NCBI GenBank assembly: GCA_964601935.1
Contig: CAZROP010000004.1
Span: 6,493-70,492 of the forward strand
DNA length: 64,000 nt
DNA from: an uncultured Candidatus Saccharibacteria bacterium
GTDB lineage: Bacteria; Patescibacteriota; Minisyncoccia; Phycocordibacterales; UBA1006
Direction of reading: 5' to 3'
Made by a program: the position numbers and the translations under genes. Positions 59,345-64,000 of the stretch are shown here, piece by piece. The notes under the pieces were generated by a model. That model was not told the DNA's origin. It saw only the letters and a list, made by a program, of their open reading frames with translations, and made no database searches. The number at the start of each line of letters is the position of its first letter. The first letter of the stretch is position 1.

Positions 59345-60034
59345 TTATGCAGATTTCTTGCTAATACGAGCCAAACGCGACCCCAACAGTGTATCCACTG
59401 ATGCAGCATCGGCAAGAACAATATAACGAGCACGCGCTACTTGCATAGCATTGAGTCGTGTAGCAGAAATAACTGATACACAAGGCAGGTTACGCAGCGC
59501 ACGAACTGTTTCGTCAGGCATAGTTTCTGTAGCACAGACGAGAATATTGTTTTTATTTGTTTTCGTGTACAAAGTTTCGAAACCACTCACCTTTGCAGCC
59601 AAGGTAGTAAAGAGGGTTTCCCCGTCTTTTGTTTTTACTACATCAATAGCTTCAGACAAAGGCAAGAGCGTACCATCAGATGCTTTTGCTGAGAGCAAAA
59701 CGCCCAGGGCCTTCAATCGCATCTTCTGATTGATCTTCTGCGAGTAATCTTTTTCATTACGAGGACCATGAGCAACACCACCTTTCACCCAAATAGGAGA
59801 ACGTGTAGACCCGTGACGAGCCTTTCCTGTTCCTTTTTGTTTCCAAGGTTTTTTTCCTCCGCCTGATACTTCAGATCGATTTTTAGTATGTGCATTACCA
59901 TTGCGCTCGTTTGCCTGATAGGATACCAATACCTGATGAATCAGATCGGCATTCCACGGCAAGCCAAACACGGCGTCCTGTAGCTGTATATCACCCGCTG
60001 ATGTACCCTTTGTATTATAAGTAGTTAATTTCAT
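59345..60034 (-). CDS. rplD: 50S ribosomal protein L4
   Basis: TKNRSEVSGGGKKPWKQKGTGKARHGSTRSP. Confidence 0.97.
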   Translation of the reverse strand: MKLTTYNTKGTSAGDIQLQDAVFGLPWNADLIHQVLVSYQANERNGNAHTKNRSEVSGGGKKPWKQKGTGKARHGSTRSPIWVKGGVAHGPRNEKDYSQKINQKMRLKALGVLLSAKASDGTLLPLSEAIDVVKTKDGETLFTTLAAKVSGFETLYTKTNKNNILVCATETMPDETVRALRNLPCVSVISATRLNAMQVARARYIVLADAASVDTLLGSRLARISKKSA

Positions 60035-60037
60035 ATA

Positions 60038-60652
60038 CTATTTGGTTACGTGAATTTCAACGAGCGACCCGCGACTACCAGGAACTGCTCCACTAATAAA
60101 TATCTCGCGTGTTTCAGGGTTAGTCCACAAAACTTCGAGTCCTTTGACGGTAATACGATCGCTACCCATACGGCCTGCCATGCGCATACCTTTTGCAACA
60201 CGTCCACCTGCACGTCCACCTCCACCAATGGATCCAGGCTTTCGTTCCGAGTGTTTGCGCCCATGAGTACGTTTGTCTCCCTTGAATCCATGACGCTTGA
60301 CACCACCCTGAAATCCTTTTCCTTTTGAAGTTCCTGCGATAATAACTGCGGTCCCAGGGGTTAGCATTTCAAACGGGTTCAATTCATCACCTTTTGTGGC
60401 CTCAAATTCAAACTCACGAAGGTGTCGCATTGGCTTGTCGCCGAGCTGTACCTGCTGTGCTTTGTTAAGTTTGCGTGGATGGACAGAATCAAATCCTACC
60501 TGAACAGCGGAATATCCGTCTGTTGCAGAGTTTTTGACCTGTGTCACCACATGCGTATCGGTAGTAATCACCGTTACAGCACGCATACGCCCTTTCGCAT
60601 CCAGCGTTTGGGTCATATGACTTTTGTATCCTAGAAAACTGTGTTGTGACAT
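60038..60652 (-). CDS. rplC: 50S ribosomal protein L3
   Basis: MTQ, DGYSAVQVGF, SKGKGFQGGVKRHGF, KGMRMAGRMG, GAVPG; start reassigned to MSQHS. Confidence 0.97.
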   Translation of the reverse strand: MSQHSFLGYKSHMTQTLDAKGRMRAVTVITTDTHVVTQVKNSATDGYSAVQVGFDSVHPRKLNKAQQVQLGDKPMRHLREFEFEATKGDELNPFEMLTPGTAVIIAGTSKGKGFQGGVKRHGFKGDKRTHGRKHSERKPGSIGGGGRAGGRVAKGMRMAGRMGSDRITVKGLEVLWTNPETREIFISGAVPGSRGSLVEIHVTK

Positions 60653-60755
60653 ATAGTTTGTTGTACAGCAGTGGTTCACTACCATATTGGTATAGAACAT
60701 ACTGCGATCACATAGACGTATCTATGGCGGATCTAATAATAATCTCCCAAGGCCC

Positions 60756-60809
60756 TAGGCTTTAGGCATTAGGTTTTCATAATAATGATTACCTAAAGCC
60801 TAATGCCTA
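60756..60809. repeat. Inverted heptamer-repeat hairpin
   Basis: TAGGCTT TAGGCAT TAGG...CCTA AAGCCTA ATGCCTA between rpsJ and rplC. Confidence 0.6.
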
Positions 60810-60821
60810 ACCGCCTCAGAA

Positions 60822-61148
60822 TTAGAATGATTTTACCTCGACAGAAACTCCAGAAGGAAGATTCAGCGCGGTCAATGATTCTATAATTTTTGCTGAAGGA
60901 TTAACAATGTCAATCAATCGGCGATGAGTACGAATTTCAAACTGCTCACGAGCATCTTTGTGTACGAAAACCGAACGGTTTACTGTGTACTTTTTGATCT
61001 CGGTAGGCAACGGAACCGGTCCACGCACTGTTGCACCTGCACGTAGTGCGATATCCAGTATGGTTTTCACCGACTGATCGATAACGCGACTGTCGTAGGC
61101 CGCCAAGCGTATACGTAGTTTACTCTCTGATGTTGTTTTTTTCGACAT
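60822..61148 (-). CDS. rpsJ: 30S ribosomal protein S10
   Basis: LRIRL.AYD...[28 protein letters not shown]. Confidence 0.97.
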   Translation of the reverse strand: MSKKTTSESKLRIRLAAYDSRVIDQSVKTILDIALRAGATVRGPVPLPTEIKKYTVNRSVFVHKDAREQFEIRTHRRLIDIVNPSAKIIESLTALNLPSGVSVEVKSF

Positions 61149-61253
61149 AAATATGAAGGATGGGAGGATGATTCCACAAGGAACCGGATTTGGCACGAAG
61201 GAAGAATGAACCTCCGTATGTGCCAAATCCTATATTCCTAATGCAGATTTGAC

Positions 61254-62450
61254 CTATTTAATGATTTTAGTTACAACACCCGCTCCAACAGTGCGACCAC
61301 CCTCGCGGATAGCGAAACGCTGCTGCTCTTCGAGTGCTACAGGAGCAATCAACTCAACCTTGATATTAACAGTGTCTCCTGGCATTACCATTTCTACTCC
61401 TTCTGGCAGGATAACCTCACCGGTTACGTCTGTTGTTCGGATGTAGAACTGTGGCTTGTAGCCCTTCAGGAATGGAGTGTGGCGACCACCCTCCTCTTTC
61501 TTTAGAACGTATACTTCACACTCGAATTCAGTATGAGGCAATACTGATCCTGGCTTACAGAGAACCTGTCCACGTGTTACGTCTTCTTTTTTGGTACCAC
61601 GGAGCAAGATTCCTGCATTGTCTCCGGCCTGTCCCTGCAGCAATGACTTGTTGAACATTTCAACACCAGTTACTGTAGTTTTGACCTTGTCGCGAAGTCC
61701 AACGATTTCGATTTCTTCACCTACCTTGATGACACCACGTTCGATCTTTCCGGTTACTACAGTACCGCGTCCTTCGATAGAGAAAATATCCTCTACTGGC
61801 ATCAGAAACGGCTTGTCCAAATCACGAACAGGTTCTGGGATCCATGTGTCTACAGAATCCATCAACTTCATAATAGCCTGTGCGTATGGATCGTCCATGC
61901 TGGTTGCCTGGAACGCTTTTAGTCCTGAACCCTGGATAAATGGAGTATTTGCTCCATCATATCCGTTCTTTGTCAAGATTTCGCGGATTTCCTCTTCTAC
62001 TAATTCCAACATTTCCTTGTCCTCTACCATGTCGCACTTGTTCAGAAATACTACCAGAGCAGGAACACCTACCTGACGAGCGAGCAGAATGTGCTCACGA
62101 GTCTGTGGCATAGCACCATCAGTTGCTGCAACCACGAGGATTGCACCATCCATCTGTGCTGCACCAGTAATCATGTTCTTGATATAGTCAGCGTGACCCG
62201 GTGCATCGATGTGTGCATAGTGGCGCTTTGCTGTTTCGTATTCCTGGTGAGAAAGGTTGATGGTAATACCACGCGCTTTTTCTTCTGGTGCCTTGTCAAT
62301 TGCGTCTATAGATACGCTTTTGTCAATAAAACCACCCATTTTGAGAACATTCAAAATACCAGCAGTCAATGTTGTCTTTCCGTGATCAACGTGACCAATA
62401 GTACCAATGTTTACGTGAGGCTTTGAACGGTTGAATTCTCCTGTTGCCAT
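61254..62450 (-). CDS. tuf: Elongation factor Tu
   Basis: [47 protein letters not shown]. Confidence 0.99.
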   Translation of the reverse strand: MATGEFNRSKPHVNIGTIGHVDHGKTTLTAGILNVLKMGGFIDKSVSIDAIDKAPEEKARGITINLSHQEYETAKRHYAHIDAPGHADYIKNMITGAAQMDGAILVVAATDGAMPQTREHILLARQVGVPALVVFLNKCDMVEDKEMLELVEEEIREILTKNGYDGANTPFIQGSGLKAFQATSMDDPYAQAIMKLMDSVDTWIPEPVRDLDKPFLMPVEDIFSIEGRGTVVTGKIERGVIKVGEEIEIVGLRDKVKTTVTGVEMFNKSLLQGQAGDNAGILLRGTKKEDVTRGQVLCKPGSVLPHTEFECEVYVLKKEEGGRHTPFLKGYKPQFYIRTTDVTGEVILPEGVEMVMPGDTVNIKVELIAPVALEEQQRFAIREGGRTVGAGVVTKIIK

Positions 62451-62676
62451 AATATATTGGAAGCATTGTGAGTACTTGGCATGATGACTTGTCACATACG
62501 TATATGACGAGTCTGTCCAATACCTCTCCTGCTTGGATTAGATGAATAATTACTAGCTAATAATCATCAGAATGCGTTGTCGCCAGCTCATTCCATGACT
62601 ATGACTGATACTACTGTTTTTGGGTGATTTGTCAAACCTTTTGCAGCCATTTTTTGCCAACGAATGCGCATCTCTA

Positions 62677-62712
62677 CCTCACCCCTACCTCTCTTCTTGC
62701 CAGGAGGAGGTG
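62677..62712 (+). repeat. BoxC-like repeat
   Basis: CCTCACCCCTACCTCTCTTCTTGCCAGGAGGAGGTG. Confidence 0.55.
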
Positions 62713-62727
62713 CTCCACCTCAGGAAC

Positions 62728-62756
62728 TTGACGTATTCATAAATATCTGTTAGTTT
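62728..62756 (+). promoter_or_regulatory. Sigma70-like promoter, TTGACG-N17-TAGTTT
   Basis: Upstream of 62811. Confidence 0.55.
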
Positions 62757-62810
62757 ACAACTAACTTAACTTTTTCGGCGATTTGCCATTACTTTAAAAA
62801 ATATCGAATC

Positions 62811-63581
62811 ATGAAGATTTTTGCCACTTTTTTGCTCTTCTTTGGGTTTACTCACACCATGAGCGCCCAATCTTTGAACCCTGAAACTGCGTGCGAACGC
62901 CAGCTGGTTATTCTTGTACAAGAACTGACTGAGTATCCGGATGAACTACTGCAAGAGGCAAGCGACGAATCCAGCTACAGACCCGGAAAAAGGATTGACA
63001 CGATGACTTATATGATTGGGAACGTGGCAATCAGAAAGTTCACAAAAAAGAAAAAGCTCGGGGCAAAATACCAAGTGGAAATAGAACCCTTAGGATGGAA
63101 GTGGAACCAGAATCCATCTGGCGCCAAGTGGAGTCGTTTTACTACAGACAATGACCAGCGTTGTGACAAAGCTTTAGTACTACTCCAGTTTGTGGCGGAG
63201 TACCTTCATTACAAGCAAAGCGAACCCGATTTGATTCATCCAGCATTTGCGATTGCATCACTCGCTGACTCCACATTGGAACGACTGGCGATTAAAAAAG
63301 TGCCTTCCACGTTGGAAAACGGGAAAATAGAGATGTTATACTATCTAAAGGATGTCCTCGTGATTAAGGGCGAAGATGGTGTGCGTGTAGCAGTCGAGGC
63401 CAATCCGGTGGGTACCCCGTTATTCTTTATCTTTAGCTCAAAAAGCTACACCTGGACATGGTATGCTACCGAAACGGAGGCCTGGAAATGGTCTTCCCGG
63501 AATGCCGAAGGCATGGCATCGGCCCTGGTTTGGGGGCGAATGCAGGCCCTCCTTTTAGAGGCGATTTACCTAAAAAAGTAA
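62811..63581 (+). CDS. Hypothetical secreted protein (Bacteroidota-style signal peptide)
   Basis: MKIFATFLLFFGFTHTMSA|Q; weak internal two-fold repeat. Confidence 0.8.
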   Translation: MKIFATFLLFFGFTHTMSAQSLNPETACERQLVILVQELTEYPDELLQEASDESSYRPGKRIDTMTYMIGNVAIRKFTKKKKLGAKYQVEIEPLGWKWNQNPSGAKWSRFTTDNDQRCDKALVLLQFVAEYLHYKQSEPDLIHPAFAIASLADSTLERLAIKKVPSTLENGKIEMLYYLKDVLVIKGEDGVRVAVEANPVGTPLFFIFSSKSYTWTWYATETEAWKWSSRNAEGMASALVWGRMQALLLEAIYLKK

Positions 63582-63610
63582 ATTTGGCAAGCAAGCCCTA
63601 ACCCCCAACG

Positions 63611-63650
63611 AAGCGAACTACTGCGACTGTATAGCAGTAGTTCGCTTTTT
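63611..63650 (+). terminator. Intrinsic terminator
   Basis: AAGCGAACTACTGC...GCAGTAGTTCGCTTTTT. Confidence 0.85.
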
Positions 63651-63756
63651 ACTTTACAGATTACTCCTTTCTCGCCCTATTGACTATTGCTAGCTGTGTG
63701 TTAAATTGAAATCAACGTTCAGAAATTTTCCAATCACTTTCTCAAAATCTCTAATC

Positions 63757-64000
63757 ATGAGAAAAATATTACTATTATTAGCAGCTTTTATTCTGGTCCC
63801 CGAGTTAAGCCATTCCCAAATAGACTGTACTGAGGATCTCAGTGAGCTCACCGGGATAGTCGCAGCTCTTCCTGACTCTACATTAAGAAAAGCCGCCATC
63901 CATCAAGTAGAATACTACGGGGAACGGGCAGATACCGCTTGGTATAGCCTGGGAGAAGTACAGGTAATACGTACTAAAAATAAACTTCTGGGCTTAGTGC
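63757..64000 (+). CDS. Paralog of 62811, runs off the window end
   Basis: MRKILLLLAAFILVPELSHS|QIDCTEDLSELTGIVAALPDSTLRKAAIHQVEYYGERADTAWYSLGEVQV...; promoter TTGACT-N16-TAAATT (63680-63707). Confidence 0.8.
   Translation, partial: MRKILLLLAAFILVPELSHSQIDCTEDLSELTGIVAALPDSTLRKAAIHQVEYYGERADTAWYSLGEVQVIRTKNKLLGLV

Noticed and set aside
3901-62426. Long antisense/overlapping ORFs (e.g. 3901-4500, 31822-32373, 54431-55090, 61591-62076)
   Set aside because: They are shadows of well-supported genes on the opposite strand, with no motifs or expression signals.
1-64000. Alternative genetic code (UGA=Gly) or CRISPR array
   Set aside because: Housekeeping genes are full length in code 11 and TGA ends some ORFs; no regularly spaced direct repeats or cas genes seen.

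Overview
Housekeeping-rich chromosome segment of a small-genome bacterium, standard code 11. It is most likely Patescibacteria/CPR of Parcubacteria type, based on the degenerate PriA, short HolB/YbeY/bS21, L9 present, Gmad2 and peptidoglycan-binding secreted proteins, and no evident Shine-Dalgarno use. It carries nrdBA (class Id-type, ATP cone on the beta subunit), thrS, hisS, gyrB, def-fmt, mreB, ftsAZ, frr, a fragmented S10 cluster with tuf, and three tRNAs (Glu, Phe, Val). Most native genes have a TATACT-type -10 box 6-11 nt before the ATG, implying (near-)leaderless transcripts. The most striking feature is two blocks (38.8-45.9 kb and 62.8-64 kb) of intact genes that look addressed to a Bacteroidota cell envelope. 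They show Q-rule signal peptides, type A T9SS C-terminal sorting domains, SprB repeats and a possible beta-barrel, plus A-rich AATC-ATG leaders and a shared (CTA)TTGAC promoter class. Other signals are a dif-like site near an apparent GC-skew/gene-orientation switch, BoxC-like repeats (one in-frame inside fmt), a tRNA-3'-end-derived structured element next to a FabH-like gene, and several structured ncRNA candidates. All assignments come from reading motifs by eye; no database search or folding program was run.
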